In this document: positions 37,387 to 48,103 of the stretch, one piece after another
Layout: every line of letters starts with the position of its first letter
How positions within the stretch are numbered: the first letter of the stretch is position 1
Assembly: GCA_963810935.1 (NCBI GenBank)
Contig: CAWEPK010000008.1
Span: 305,492 to 369,491 of the forward strand
Reading direction: 5' to 3'
Length of the DNA stretch: 64,000 nt
Origin: an uncultured delta proteobacterium
GTDB lineage: Bacteria > Desulfobacterota > Syntrophorhabdia > Syntrophorhabdales > WCHB1-27
Program-made: the position numbers and the translations under genes
The notes under the pieces: generated by a model
Told to the model about the DNA's origin: nothing
Databases searched by the model: none
What the model saw: only the letters and a program-made list of their open reading frames with translations

Positions 37387-39464
37387 GACAGCTACTGTTG
37401 GAGATAGGCTGCGAAGAGCTGCCCGCGCGCTTTATAGCCCCTGCAAAGGAAGGGCTCCTAAATCTCGTGAAAAACGGCCTCGCGGAGCTGCGCATTGAGC
37501 ACGGAGCGGCCAGGGCCTTCGGAACGCCCCGGCGCATAACCCTTATCATCGACGACGTGGCCGATAAGCAGAAAGAGACGGTCACCGTGAAATTCGGCCC
37601 GCCGGCGGCGCGCGCATACGACGAGAAAGGCAACCCGACGTCTGCGGCTGTTGGCTTTGCACGCTCCCAAGGGGTCGACGTATCGGAGCTGAAGGTCGGC
37701 AAGAAAGATGCGGCGGAGCTGCTCTGCGTCGAGAAAGTCGAAACAGGCAAAGAGACGGCAAGCGCGCTGGCGGCATTCCTGCCGGACGCCATTTTGCGGA
37801 TCCCCTTCCAGAAGAAAATGCGGTGGGGCAGCGGGGCCTTCGAGTTCGCCAGGCCCATCCACTGGATAGTCGCCCTTTTCGGCCACGAGATAATACATTT
37901 CAACGTTGCAGGCATCGCAAGCGGCAACGTATCGAAGGGGCACCGCTTCCTGGCCGAGAGTGACCCCGTTATAAAGGAGCCCGCCGCCTACCTCGACGCT
38001 ATGCGCGCGGCTTTCGTGATAGTCGATGAAGAAGAGCGCAAGTCGATGATGGCGGCGGACATCCGCGCCATAGAGGAAAGGACTGGCGCCCGGGGCGTTG
38101 CCGGGGCCGACCTTTTGGACGAGATCATGTACATCACCGAGCAGCCTCACGGTCTCATGGGAAGATTCGAGGAAGGTTACCTGGCGCTGCCCAAGCCGGT
38201 GCTCGTTAACGTGATGAAGGGCCATCAGCGCTACATCCCGCTAGAGAACGAAGACGGCTCGCTCGTCGCCGCCTTCATCTTCTTCGCGAACACGATACCT
38301 GCGAGCCCGGTCGAAGTCGTGCGGGGGAACGAGAAGGTGCTGGCTGCGCGCCTTGCCGACGCCCGGTTTTTCTTCGATGAAGACAAGGCTACGCGCCTCG
38401 ATGCCCTCGCCGAGCGGCTCGACGCCGTCATGTTCCATAAAAAACTAGGCAGCCTCAAACAAAAAACCGAAAGGACCGAGCGCCTGGGCCTTATGCTCGC
38501 GGCCGGGCTTGGCTTCACCTTCAGGCCGCAGGTAGAGAGGGCGGCCATGCTCCTCAAAGCCGACCTGCTCACCCGCATGGTCGGGGAATTCCCCGAGCTT
38601 CAGGGGACGATGGGCAGGATTTACGCGGAGCACCAGGGGGAGGACCTGGAAGTCGCTTCCTCCATACAGGAGCACTACTTCCCGATCGGGACCGATGCGA
38701 CGCTGCCGAAGACCCCTCTGGGCGCAGTCATGGCCTTAGCGGACAAGATGGATTCCCTGATCGCCTTTTTCTCCGTCGGCATAACCCCTACGGGCAACCT
38801 CGACCCCTTCGCCCTGCGCCGACAGGCGATAGGCAGCATAAAGATCGTAATCGACAAGGGCTACCATTTGCCCCTCGCCGCTCTCATCGACGAAGGGTAC
38901 GCAGCCCTTTCGGATGTGCCGGGCAGGGTTGCGCCTGAGACCCTTAAAGAAACGCTGACCGATTTCCTCGCTACGAGGTTCAAGTTCCTCATGATCGAAG
39001 AAGGACACAACCAGGAGTTCGTGAATGCGGTCCTTCCCGCGCTGGGCGCGGATATATATGACGCCTACCTGCGATTGCGCGCGCTGGAGACGCAGGAGTC
39101 GATAGAAGACTTCCGCAGGCTCCTGGTGGGCTTCAAGAGGGTTTACAATATCACGAAGACACTCAAAGACGAAAAGAGGATCGATACCGCGCTTCTGGCC
39201 GAGAAGCAGGAACGTGACCTCTACGAGTTGTTCGAGGCGCGTAAAGACGCCTTCGCTGCGGCGATGGCTGGGCGTCAATACGCCGACGCCTTGAAGATCC
39301 TCGTCGGATTCAAGGAGACTATAGACGCGTATTTCGACAAGGTGTTCGTAATGGTGGATGACGAGGCCCTAAAGAGCAACCGGCTGGGCCTGCTGACGAA
39401 GATAAAAGAAATGTTTTTGCGTTTCGGCGATCTTTACAAAATACGTATCGAAGAGCTGCAATAA
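37383..39464 (+). CDS. glyS: glycyl-tRNA synthetase beta subunit
   Basis: GTG 37383 overlaps the glyQ stop (GTGA). The product begins [17 protein letters not shown]. 693 aa. Confidence 0.95.
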
Positions 39465-39494
39465 GGACCATTTCATTATAAAAGGGGAGTAATA

Positions 39495-42275
39495 ATGGCT
39501 AAACGTGTTTATTTTTTTGGTGGCAGCAAAGCTGAAGGCAACCGGCAGTTAACAAACCTCCTCGGCGGCAAAGGCGCGGGCCTCGCCGAGATGGTCAATA
39601 TCGGCATACCCGTACCGCCGGGGTTCACGATCACGACTGAGGTCTGCACGCTCTTCTACGAAGCGCGGATGAAGTTCCCCAAAGGCCTGGAGAAAGAAGT
39701 TATGGCCGGCCTTCGGCGCGTAGAAGACCAGATGAAGATGCGCTTCGGCGACACGAAGAACCCGCTGCTTCTGTCGATCAGGTCCGGCGCCAGGGCCTCC
39801 ATGCCCGGCATGATGGACACTGTCCTCAACCTCGGGCTCAATTCGAAGACGCTCGCGGGCCTTGCCCGGCTTACCGGCAACGAATGGTTCGCGTGGGACT
39901 GCTACCGCCGCTTTGTAGCAATGTACGGCGACGTTGTCCTCGGCCTCAAGCCGGAGAGCAAGAAAGAAGAGGACCCGTTCGAGGCGATCATCGACGCAAA
40001 GAAGAAAGAACGCCGCATCAAGCTCGACACGGAATTCACCGTCAACGACCTCCAGGATCTGGTGGGCAGATTCAAGGCCCTTATTAAGAAGAAGCTCGGC
40101 GTGGAATTCCCGGAGGACCCGCTGGAGCAGTTGTGGGGCTCCATCGGCTCGGTCTTCAAATCCTGGAACAACGACCGCGCCGCCACGTACAGGAAGCTGA
40201 ACAACATACCCGCGTCGTGGGGCACGGCAGTCAATGTCCAGGCGATGGTCTTTGGAAACATCGGCCAGGATTCAGGCACGGGCGTCGCGTTCACGCGCGA
40301 CCCGTCGACCGGCGCCAATGTCTTCACCGGCGAGTACCTGCTGAACGCCCAGGGCGAGGACGTAGTCGCAGGGACGAGGACGCCGCAGCCTATCAACAAG
40401 GCGCAGAGGGGCGATGCTAAAGTCCCCTGCCTCGAAGAAGAGATGCCGCAGATATATAAGCAACTCATGAAAATACGCTCCATCCTCGAACGCCATTTCA
40501 GGGACATGCAGGACGTCGAGTTCACTATCCAGCGCGGGAAGCTCTGGATGCTCCAGACGAGGAACGGCAAGCGGACATCTTTTGCCGAGTTTAAGATCGC
40601 CGTGGATATGGTGCACGAGCGCCTGATCGACAAGGAAGAGGCATTGATGCGCGTCAGCCCCGACGGCCTCAACCAGATACTGCGGCCCATTTTCGATCCG
40701 AAAGAAGTACAGAAGGCGTATAAGGACGGCAGCCTGGTCGCAAAGGGCCTTAACGCAGGGCCGGGCGCGGCTACTGGCAGGGTCGTCTACAACGCGGAAG
40801 ACGCCGAAGCCCTGGCTGCCAGGGGAGAGCGCGTCATCCTCGTCAGGATAGAGACGTCGCCTGAGGACATCAGGGGCATGAACGCAGCCCAAGGCATACT
40901 CACGAGCCGGGGCGGCATGACGAGTCACGCCGCGCTCGTGGCGAGGCAGATGGGCAAGGTCTGCGTCGCAGGCTGCGGCGAGCTGGACATCAGCTACCAC
41001 TCGAAGACGATAAAGATCAAAGACAAAACAATAAAGGAAGGCGATTACATCTCGATTAACGGCAGCACGGGCGAGGTCTTCGTCGGCGAGGTGAAGACAA
41101 TACCGTCGGAGGTGCTGCGCGTCCTTGTCGATAAGACGATGAAGCCATCGCAATCGGAGATTTACAAAGATTTCGATTCGCTGATGAAGTGGGCCGACGA
41201 CGCAAGGCGCCTCGGCATCAGGACGAACGCCGACCAGCCCGGGCAGGCGCAGGTCGCCGTCGCCTTCGGCGCGGAGGGCATCGGCCTTTGCAGGACGGAG
41301 CACATGTTCTTCGAGGGCGCGCGGATCGACGCGGTCAGGGAGATGATCGTCGCCGAGGACCTGGAGGGCCGCAAGAAGGCGCTCGCAAAGCTCCTGCCTA
41401 TGCAGCGCGGCGATTTCGCCGGCCTCTTCAAGGTGATGCGCGGCCTGCCCGTAACGATAAGGACGCTCGACCCGCCCCTCCACGAGTTCCTGCCCCACGG
41501 CGAGAAAGACCTGAAAGACCTGGCGGGAAAAATGGGCATCTCCTACGACCGGCTCGCGGCGAAGGTGGCAAGCCTCCAGGAAGCGAACCCCATGCTGGGG
41601 CTGCGCGGCTGCCGCCTCGGCATACTCTACCCCGAGATCACCGAGATGCAGGCCCGGGCCATATTCGAGGCAGCCTGCGAGGTAAAGAAATCAAGGATCG
41701 ATGTAAAGCCGGAGATCATGATACCTCTGGTCGGGGACGTACGCGAGCTGCGCCTCCAGAAGGACGTTGTAGACCGGGTCGCCAAGGAGGTGTTCGCCGA
41801 GCGGAAGATGGCCGTCGAATACATGGTCGGCACCATGATCGAGATACCCAGGGCCGCCCTCACCGCCGATGCCATAGCCGAGCTTGCCCAATTCTTCTCC
41901 TTCGGCACGAACGACCTGACCCAGACGACGTTCGGCATGAGCAGGGACGACGCAGGCGTATTCCTCCGCCCGTACGTCGAAAAGGACATCCTCGACTACG
42001 ACCCATTCCAGAGGCTCGACGAGGCGGGCGTAGGCAAACTAATGGAGATGGGCGTCGAGCTTGGCAGGAAGGTACGGCCCAAGCTGAAGATCGGCATCTG
42101 CGGGGAGCACGGGGGCGAGCCTTACTCCGTGAAGTTCTGCCACAGGGCCGGCCTCGACTACGTAAGCTGCTCGCCTTATCGCGTGACTGTCGCCAGACTG
42201 GCTGCCGCCCAGGCTGCGATAGAGGAAAAGAGGGCGAAGAAACCGGCTGCCAAAAAAGCAGCTAAGAAAAAATAG
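39495..42275 (+). CDS. ppdK: pyruvate, phosphate dikinase
   Basis: 926 aa. [12 protein letters not shown], phosphohistidine region [15 protein letters not shown], and PEP/pyruvate domain ([18 protein letters not shown]). It carries an unusual Lys/Ala-rich C-terminal tail. Confidence 0.97.
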   Translation: MAKRVYFFGGSKAEGNRQLTNLLGGKGAGLAEMVNIGIPVPPGFTITTEVCTLFYEARMKFPKGLEKEVMAGLRRVEDQMKMRFGDTKNPLLLSIRSGARASMPGMMDTVLNLGLNSKTLAGLARLTGNEWFAWDCYRRFVAMYGDVVLGLKPESKKEEDPFEAIIDAKKKERRIKLDTEFTVNDLQDLVGRFKALIKKKLGVEFPEDPLEQLWGSIGSVFKSWNNDRAATYRKLNNIPASWGTAVNVQAMVFGNIGQDSGTGVAFTRDPSTGANVFTGEYLLNAQGEDVVAGTRTPQPINKAQRGDAKVPCLEEEMPQIYKQLMKIRSILERHFRDMQDVEFTIQRGKLWMLQTRNGKRTSFAEFKIAVDMVHERLIDKEEALMRVSPDGLNQILRPIFDPKEVQKAYKDGSLVAKGLNAGPGAATGRVVYNAEDAEALAARGERVILVRIETSPEDIRGMNAAQGILTSRGGMTSHAALVARQMGKVCVAGCGELDISYHSKTIKIKDKTIKEGDYISINGSTGEVFVGEVKTIPSEVLRVLVDKTMKPSQSEIYKDFDSLMKWADDARRLGIRTNADQPGQAQVAVAFGAEGIGLCRTEHMFFEGARIDAVREMIVAEDLEGRKKALAKLLPMQRGDFAGLFKVMRGLPVTIRTLDPPLHEFLPHGEKDLKDLAGKMGISYDRLAAKVASLQEANPMLGLRGCRLGILYPEITEMQARAIFEAACEVKKSRIDVKPEIMIPLVGDVRELRLQKDVVDRVAKEVFAERKMAVEYMVGTMIEIPRAALTADAIAELAQFFSFGTNDLTQTTFGMSRDDAGVFLRPYVEKDILDYDPFQRLDEAGVGKLMEMGVELGRKVRPKLKIGICGEHGGEPYSVKFCHRAGLDYVSCSPYRVTVARLAAAQAAIEEKRAKKPAAKKAAKKK

Positions 42276-42303
42276 AAGTGAAAAGACACGGAAGGAGAAC
42301 GGG

Positions 42304-42879
42304 GTGAAGGTCCTGCTCCACATCTGTTGCGGCCCCTGCACGGTCTATCCCTTGCGGGCGCTGCGGGACGAAGGGGCCGATGTGACCGGGTTTTTCCACA
42401 ACCCCAATATCCATCCGTACACGGAGTTCCGAAAGAGGCAGGAGGCGCTCGTGCAGTACAGCCGGGTCGCCCTCCTGCCTTTGATTATGGACGAGACGTA
42501 CGACATTGCCGCCTTCCTTCGGGCGGCCCTGGCGGCAGGCGAAGACCGCTGCCTCGCGTGCTACACGACGCGGCTGACTGCCGCTTTTGAGAAGGCGGCG
42601 GAGCTGCATGCGGACGCAGTGACTACGACGCTCCTATACAGCATCTACCAGAAACACGAGGTTATTGCGGAAGTCGCATCAGAGCTTTCGGCCCGCTACG
42701 GCATCTCCTTCCTCTACCGTGATTTCCGGCCCGGCTGGCGCGACGGGCAGGACGAGGCGGCAAAGCTCGGCATTTACAGGCAGGCTTACTGCGGCTGCAT
42801 ATTCAGCGAGTACGAGAGGTTCGGCCCCAAGGCCAAAGGCGGCAAAGGGGCACAGACCGGGGGAACGCGCAAGAGATGA
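42304..42879 (+). CDS. queH: epoxyqueuosine reductase QueH (DUF208)
   Basis: LLHICCGPCTVYP, FFHNPNIHPYTEF and YRQAYCGCIFSE motifs. Confidence 0.85.
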   Translation: MKVLLHICCGPCTVYPLRALRDEGADVTGFFHNPNIHPYTEFRKRQEALVQYSRVALLPLIMDETYDIAAFLRAALAAGEDRCLACYTTRLTAAFEKAAELHADAVTTTLLYSIYQKHEVIAEVASELSARYGISFLYRDFRPGWRDGQDEAAKLGIYRQAYCGCIFSEYERFGPKAKGGKGAQTGGTRKR

Positions 42880-43091
42880 TGCCGGCAGTCGGCAAGATGC
42901 TTATCATTCTGGGCGTAATCATTATCCTCGCCGGGGTGCTTCTCCTCCTCGCCAACAAGATCCCCTTCATAGGCAGGCTGCCGGGCGACATCCTCGTAAA
43001 AAGGGAGAACTTCACCTTCTACTTCCCGCTCACGACGAGCATAATCATAAGCGTCGTGCTGTCGCTCATTTTCTGGATTTTCCGTAAGTAG
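42876..43091 (+). CDS. small membrane protein, DUF2905-like
   Basis: 71 aa with two TM helices and a central GRLPGDILVKRENFTFYFPLTTS block. Confidence 0.7.
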   Translation: MMPAVGKMLIILGVIIILAGVLLLLANKIPFIGRLPGDILVKRENFTFYFPLTTSIIISVVLSLIFWIFRK

Positions 43092-43109
43092 TAGGGAATT
43101 GTCCGTCAT

Positions 43110-43442
43110 ATGCAAATTATCCTGAAAGCGTTCCTCAGCCTCGTAGTAATCTTCGCGGCCACAGGCGCAGCGAAGAGGCTGCCCGCAGCAGGTGGGCTCA
43201 TAGCCACTATGCCGTTGGCGGGGGCTCTGGTACTGGTCTGGGTCTACCTGGAAAACAGCGGCGAGAAAGGTATCATGCAGGTCTTCTCGAAAGGCGCGCT
43301 ATGGGGCATACTTCCCAGCATAGCCTTCTACCTCGTGGCGTTTATCTGCTTCAAGTGGGAGCGGTCGCTCGCAGTGACGCTCATCGCCGGCTTCGCTGCC
43401 TGGGGCCTGGCTGCGCTCATACACCAGTCTCTCATAAGGTAG
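43110..43442 (+). CDS. small polytopic membrane protein, DUF3147-like
   Basis: 110 aa with four hydrophobic helices. The family name is from memory of similar sequences. Confidence 0.6.
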   Translation: MQIILKAFLSLVVIFAATGAAKRLPAAGGLIATMPLAGALVLVWVYLENSGEKGIMQVFSKGALWGILPSIAFYLVAFICFKWERSLAVTLIAGFAAWGLAALIHQSLIR

Positions 43443-43461
43443 TAAAGGGCATAGTACCGGG

Positions 43462-44766
43462 CTATCGCATGTTCCTCGGCTGTCCGGTGAGAGCCAGCAC
43501 GTTCTCCCACAGCCATCCGTGTTCTTCGATCTTCTTGCGCTGCGACACCGCGAGCGGGATGGGCACGTGCGTAAACTGGTTGCGCCAGTGGCCTACGACC
43601 ATGTTCGTCCTGCCGCTCATGGCTGCGTGGACGGCCTGAAACCCCAGCAAGAGGCAGTAACCCGAATCGTCCGCTTCCGCGAGCACGCTCCTGATCGTGT
43701 AGCTCGGGTCGATATATTTAAGGTTCAATGTCATGCCTATCTCGTTGAAGTAGTCCTTGATACGGTCGCGCAATACGATCCCCACGTCGCCGTACCGTAT
43801 GTTCCCCGAGGCGTCGAGCTCCTCCTCTCCGGACATGATGTTACGGCCCGCGCCCTCCGCTACGACGACGACTGCATGGCCCCTGTTAACGAGCCGTTCT
43901 TTCAGTGCCTTGAGAAAAGCGTTCATGGTAAACGGGACCTCGGGGACGAGACAAAAATTGACCTCGCTGGCCGTGATCGCGGCGTATGCGGCGATGAAGC
44001 CCGCTTCGCGCCCCATGAGCTTCACTACGGCGACGCCGTTTCTGTATCCCCGCGCTTCGTTGTGGGCGGCCATGACAGCCTTCCTGGCCTCTGCCCCGGC
44101 CGTGAAGAAACCGAACGAGCGGTCTATATATGAGATGTCGTTATCTATGGTCTTCGGGATCCCGATGACCGATATGCGCAGCCTTCTCCGCTCGATCTCT
44201 TCGCTTATGGTCCCCGCGCCCCTTAACGTGCCGTCGCCCCCTATGGTAAATAGTACGCCGATGCCCAGCCGCTCCAGCGTATCTACCATCTCGCCGACGT
44301 CCTGCGGACCGCGCGAAGAGCCGAGGAACGTGCCGCCGACCCTGTTGATGTCTGCTACCATCTGGGGGGTAAGCCTGAGCGCCTCGGGCGCGTAACGGGC
44401 GGTAAGCCCCTCGTAACCGTTCATGAAGCCGTAGACCTCGGTGACGCCGTAATGATGGTAAAGGCTCAGGACGGTCGAGCGGATAACATCGTTGATGCCC
44501 GGGCAAAGGCCGCCGCAGGTCAGTATGCCGCACTTCAGACCGGCAGGGTTGAAGAAGATCTGTTGCCTCGGCCCCGCTGCCTCCATGGCCGGCGGCTCGA
44601 GCCCTGCATCGATGTACGGCCTTAAATCCGCCGGGTCGCCATGGAAGAGCACGCGCCGGCTTTCCGATACGTACCTTTGTGTCGCGTGCGGCGATGGGAT
44701 CTCGCACGGCCCCAACCTCTCCACGGCAAAATCCAGCGGGCTTACGCCTGTCAGCTTATCGGGCAT
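43462..44766 (-). CDS. 6-phosphofructokinase (long form; phosphoryl donor ambiguous)
   Basis: ILTCGGLCPGINDVIR, TIGGDGTLRGA, IGIPKTIDND and MGREAGFIA motifs. Confidence 0.9.
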   Translation of the reverse strand: MPDKLTGVSPLDFAVERLGPCEIPSPHATQRYVSESRRVLFHGDPADLRPYIDAGLEPPAMEAAGPRQQIFFNPAGLKCGILTCGGLCPGINDVIRSTVLSLYHHYGVTEVYGFMNGYEGLTARYAPEALRLTPQMVADINRVGGTFLGSSRGPQDVGEMVDTLERLGIGVLFTIGGDGTLRGAGTISEEIERRRLRISVIGIPKTIDNDISYIDRSFGFFTAGAEARKAVMAAHNEARGYRNGVAVVKLMGREAGFIAAYAAITASEVNFCLVPEVPFTMNAFLKALKERLVNRGHAVVVVAEGAGRNIMSGEEELDASGNIRYGDVGIVLRDRIKDYFNEIGMTLNLKYIDPSYTIRSVLAEADDSGYCLLLGFQAVHAAMSGRTNMVVGHWRNQFTHVPIPLAVSQRKKIEEHGWLWENVLALTGQPRNMR

Positions 44767-45033
44767 GAACTCTATCCTCTCCCTTTCCCCTCTTTATTAT
44801 CGGACGACCCAAAGCCGGCTTTAGGTGGGGTCAGATGTGGTAATGTAAAATAAAAAGTGAATATTTTCAAATGAAGTCATGTTAGGCGATTCAAATAAGG
44901 CGAAACAAGCTCGAACACCCATCGGCGATTTCGGGGAAGTTTTTTCCGACCAGAAGGAAATAATTTCCCCTTTTACTGACTCGGCTCGTCCGAAAAACAC
45001 GATCTTTCCGGCACATCCGATATCCGTACGCTG

Positions 45034-45050
45034 TGGTGCGCGGCTTGCAT
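45034..45050 (+). promoter_or_regulatory. candidate sigma-54 (-24/-12) promoter upstream of the sigma-28-type gene
   Basis: TGGTGC-GCGGC-TTGCAT has the GG/GC spacing of the TGGCAC-N5-TTGCW consensus. It lies about 120 nt upstream of the ATG at 45172. Confidence 0.3.
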
Positions 45051-45171
45051 AGTCTCCCGCAACGGTTGAACAAGTGAGGACGGGGCTGTTCCTCGATTGA
45101 CCGCTTCCGGTGCAGAAACAATCTGTTCCCGGCGGTCGGTCTTGTGAAAACAAGATAACGAGGAGACAGCC

Positions 45172-45921
45172 ATGCACGTATCGGGTACCTCTGCCAACTC
45201 TCACATTCACACGGAAATCGAAAAAGATATCATCGAGGAGTTCCTTCCAGTCATCAAACACCTTGCATATAAAACAGCAAAAGGGCCTGAGCACGAGAAC
45301 GTCCTGGACGACCTCGTCTCTGCCGGCATAATCGGCCTCCTGGAGGCAATAGAGAAATATGATCCCGGCAGGGGGGCAAAGCTGAATACCTTCGCCTATC
45401 TGAGGATCAGGGGGGCGATGATAGACGAGCTGCGGTCGAGGGACTGGTTTCCCCGGAGCGCCAGGACCAAGGCAAAGAAGATACAAGAAGTCTCCAGGAA
45501 GCTCGCGCACGAGATGGGCAGGCGCCCGGAGGACGAGGAAATGGCTCGGGAAATGAACATGGAGATAGATCCCTACCTTTCCATGTTGAGAAGCTGCCAC
45601 AACCTCTCCGTAGTCAGCATAGAAGGCCTGAGCGATGAGGCCGGGGAGAGCAGGGACACGGTCATCGGTTACGTCCGCGAGGATGACGAGGATCCGGAGG
45701 AGCATGCCGAGTCGCACGAGTTGAAGAGGATACTCGCCGAGGAGCTCGAAAAGCTGTCGGAGAAAGAAAGGACGATCCTCGCGCGATATTACTATCAGGA
45801 CATGAAGATGAGGGAGATAGCCATGACGCTCGGGGTGACCGAGGCGCGCGTATGCCAACTGCACGCGCAGGCCATCGCCAACCTCAGGCCTTTGATGAGC
45901 AAATATTTTCAAGGTAGGTAA
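45172..45921 (+). CDS. fliA: group 3 RNA polymerase sigma factor (FliA/WhiG, sigma-28 type)
   Basis: Region 2 (LVSAGIIGLLEAIEKYDPGRGAKLNTFAYLRIRGAMIDELR) and region 4 (LSEKERTILARYYYQDMKMREIAMTLGVTEARVCQLHAQAI). Confidence 0.8.
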   Translation: MHVSGTSANSHIHTEIEKDIIEEFLPVIKHLAYKTAKGPEHENVLDDLVSAGIIGLLEAIEKYDPGRGAKLNTFAYLRIRGAMIDELRSRDWFPRSARTKAKKIQEVSRKLAHEMGRRPEDEEMAREMNMEIDPYLSMLRSCHNLSVVSIEGLSDEAGESRDTVIGYVREDDEDPEEHAESHELKRILAEELEKLSEKERTILARYYYQDMKMREIAMTLGVTEARVCQLHAQAIANLRPLMSKYFQGR

Positions 45922-45922
45922 T

Positions 45923-46601
45923 TCAATTATTGATGATCTCGAATTTGTACCCAACTCCATAAAGTGAGTGGATGAGTCTCGCCTCGGGGTTTACGTTCTC
46001 GATCTTTCTACGCAGCTTCTTGATGTGACTGTCGATGGTGCGGTCGCTCACGATGCGCCCGTCCGGATATATCTCGTCCATAAGCTCGTCCCGCTTGTAT
46101 ATCCGTCCGGGGCTATTGGTCAGGACCATGAGCAGCTTGAACTCCACGGCAGTCAGATCGAGTCTGCGGCCATCAAGCGTTGCCACGTAATTGAGCTCGT
46201 CCAGGAGAAGTCCGCATGCCGCCGGCGTGCGGCCGTCGAAGGTCCTGCGCAGGACTGCCTTGACGCGCGCGATCACTTCACGGGGGCTGATAGGCTTGCA
46301 GATATAATCGTCTGCACCGAGTTCGAGCCCGAGAAGCCGGTCGATCTCCTCGACACGGGCGGTTATAATTATGATGGGCACCTTCGAAAAGGTACGAATG
46401 TCTTTACAGACCTCCAAGCCGTCGCGACCGGGCAGCATCAGATCAAGCAGGATGAGATCGGGCTGATGCTTGCGCACCCACGGCACGACCAGCTGCGCCG
46501 TTCTTAAGGCAGAAGGGCTCGAAACCCGAGGCCCTGAGATAATCGGCGAGCAGGCTGGCGAGTTTCGGCTCGTCCTCGACAACCAGAATAGCTCCGCTCA
46601 C
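45923..46601 (-). pseudogene. OmpR/BaeR-family response regulator interrupted by a 1-nt frameshift in the receiver domain
   Basis: GTG 46601 overlaps the kinase stop (GTGA) and reads VSGAILVVEDEPKLASLLADYLRASGFEPFCLKNG. That frame then degenerates and stops at 46443-46445. The rest (QLVVPWVRKHQPDLILLDLMLPGRDG ... winged helix GVGYKFEI) is in the adjacent frame, which is the ORF-track 45923..46582 ORF. The switch lies near 46496-46500. Confidence 0.8.
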
Positions 46602-48103
46602 GGCCGCCTCGAAGCAAGGGGAAGTACCACGCGTATCAGCAAGCCTCCTAAAGATGATTGACGGGCGGTGATGGCGCCGTCATGGGCTTCTACGATGCTC
46701 TTGCATATTGCAAGGCCCAGGCCAGCCCCACCCGATGCCCGACTCCGTGAGCCCTCGACACGATAGAGCCGGTCGAACAGCCTTTCCAACTGCCCGCAGG
46801 GGACACCGGGGGCCGAATCCTCCAGCTCGATTACAGCCCTTCCGTCCGTGTAGAGGAGCCGGACCATGATCGCGCCTCCGGGGTCGGTATATTTCAAGGA
46901 GTTGTCAAAGAGGTTCACAAGCATCTGCCGCAGGCGCTGCCGGTCCGCATGGACCGTCTTCCACGGAGCTTGGGGCAAATCCCGGCTCAAAGCGATACCT
47001 TTGGCGGCGGACTGCGGGGCGAACGTTTCGATAACGCTGTCAATAAGGCCGGTAAGATCGAAGGTCTCTTTGTGATAGGTAAGCTTGCCGAGATCGAGGA
47101 GGGCGAGTTGGTATAGATCGTCAACCAAGTGATTAAGCCGAAGCGCTTCGCCGTGGAGTGAGCGGACCGCTTCCGGTGTAATTTCGCGAATGCCTTCCAG
47201 TAGACCCTCTGTCTCACCGATCAGGACGGCCAGCGGGGTCCTGAGCTCGTGGGAGATGTCCGCAAACCATAAACGGCGGGCCTTTTCATTCTGTTCGAGC
47301 GTGAGCGCCATCGCGTTAAAGGCGCGGGCGAGCTGCCCCAGCTCGTCGGAGGAGGAGACGGGGACGCGAGTAGCGTACTTTCCGGAGGCGAGATGCTGCG
47401 TGGCTGCTGCCAGCGCCCTTATCGGCCGCAGCAGACGGCTTGCGAGGGGAAGGGCGAAGAGGCAGACCGCGACGATCAGGCCCAGCGCCGAGACGACTAG
47501 AGCCGATTTCTGCTGTCTCAGAAAGTGGAGTTGCAGGGGGTCGAGAAAATGTTTCGGCGGCAGGTGAAAACCCACGTAACCAACGGTCTCTTTATTATGT
47601 ATTATGGGCTTTAGGCTCACCTTTTCCGTCTCCGACAAACTCCCGAACACCGGTTGTCGGTTTCCGTCCAGAACTATGAAAGGCGGTCCTGGGGGGCCGT
47701 GAGGTGGAGGGGGTGGAGGAGGAGCGCCGCCGATGTTCCACCCAGGCGGAGGACCCGGCAATGCCGGAGGCGGCGGGGCGACGTTGTGCCCCGGCGTCGG
47801 CCTCCATCCCTCGAAGGGGGGTTCCGGAACCCCCGGGGGGTCCAGGCGGCCTATCCACGACCCGGGTTCCGCCCTCAGAAAATCCCATCCTCCATGGTCG
47901 GCATAAGCCTCCTTCACGACCAGGATCAGCCGCTCCAGCCGCGCCTGATCCTGGTCGTGAAGGTATTGAAGGAACCCGGAATAAAGACTCCACTCCACGA
48001 TGACAAACATGGAGAGGAGAGCAAGGCACGTGGCGGCCAGGATCGAGAGAAAGAGCCGATAGGTAATTCCGATCTTGATCATCTTACTCGCAAGCTCATG
48101 CAC
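46598..48103 (-). CDS. sensor histidine kinase (BaeS/CpxA-like: 2 TM, HAMP, HisKA, HATPase)
   Basis: HAMP (LRPIRALAAATQHLASGKY...LGQLARAFNAM), H-box FADISHELRTPL, N/G boxes (NLFDNSLKYT, GLGLAICKSIV). A proline-rich segment lies in the predicted periplasmic loop. Confidence 0.9.
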   Translation of the reverse strand: MHELASKMIKIGITYRLFLSILAATCLALLSMFVIVEWSLYSGFLQYLHDQDQARLERLILVVKEAYADHGGWDFLRAEPGSWIGRLDPPGVPEPPFEGWRPTPGHNVAPPPPALPGPPPGWNIGGAPPPPPPPHGPPGPPFIVLDGNRQPVFGSLSETEKVSLKPIIHNKETVGYVGFHLPPKHFLDPLQLHFLRQQKSALVVSALGLIVAVCLFALPLASRLLRPIRALAAATQHLASGKYATRVPVSSSDELGQLARAFNAMALTLEQNEKARRLWFADISHELRTPLAVLIGETEGLLEGIREITPEAVRSLHGEALRLNHLVDDLYQLALLDLGKLTYHKETFDLTGLIDSVIETFAPQSAAKGIALSRDLPQAPWKTVHADRQRLRQMLVNLFDNSLKYTDPGGAIMVRLLYTDGRAVIELEDSAPGVPCGQLERLFDRLYRVEGSRSRASGGAGLGLAICKSIVEAHDGAITARQSSLGGLLIRVVLPLASRRP

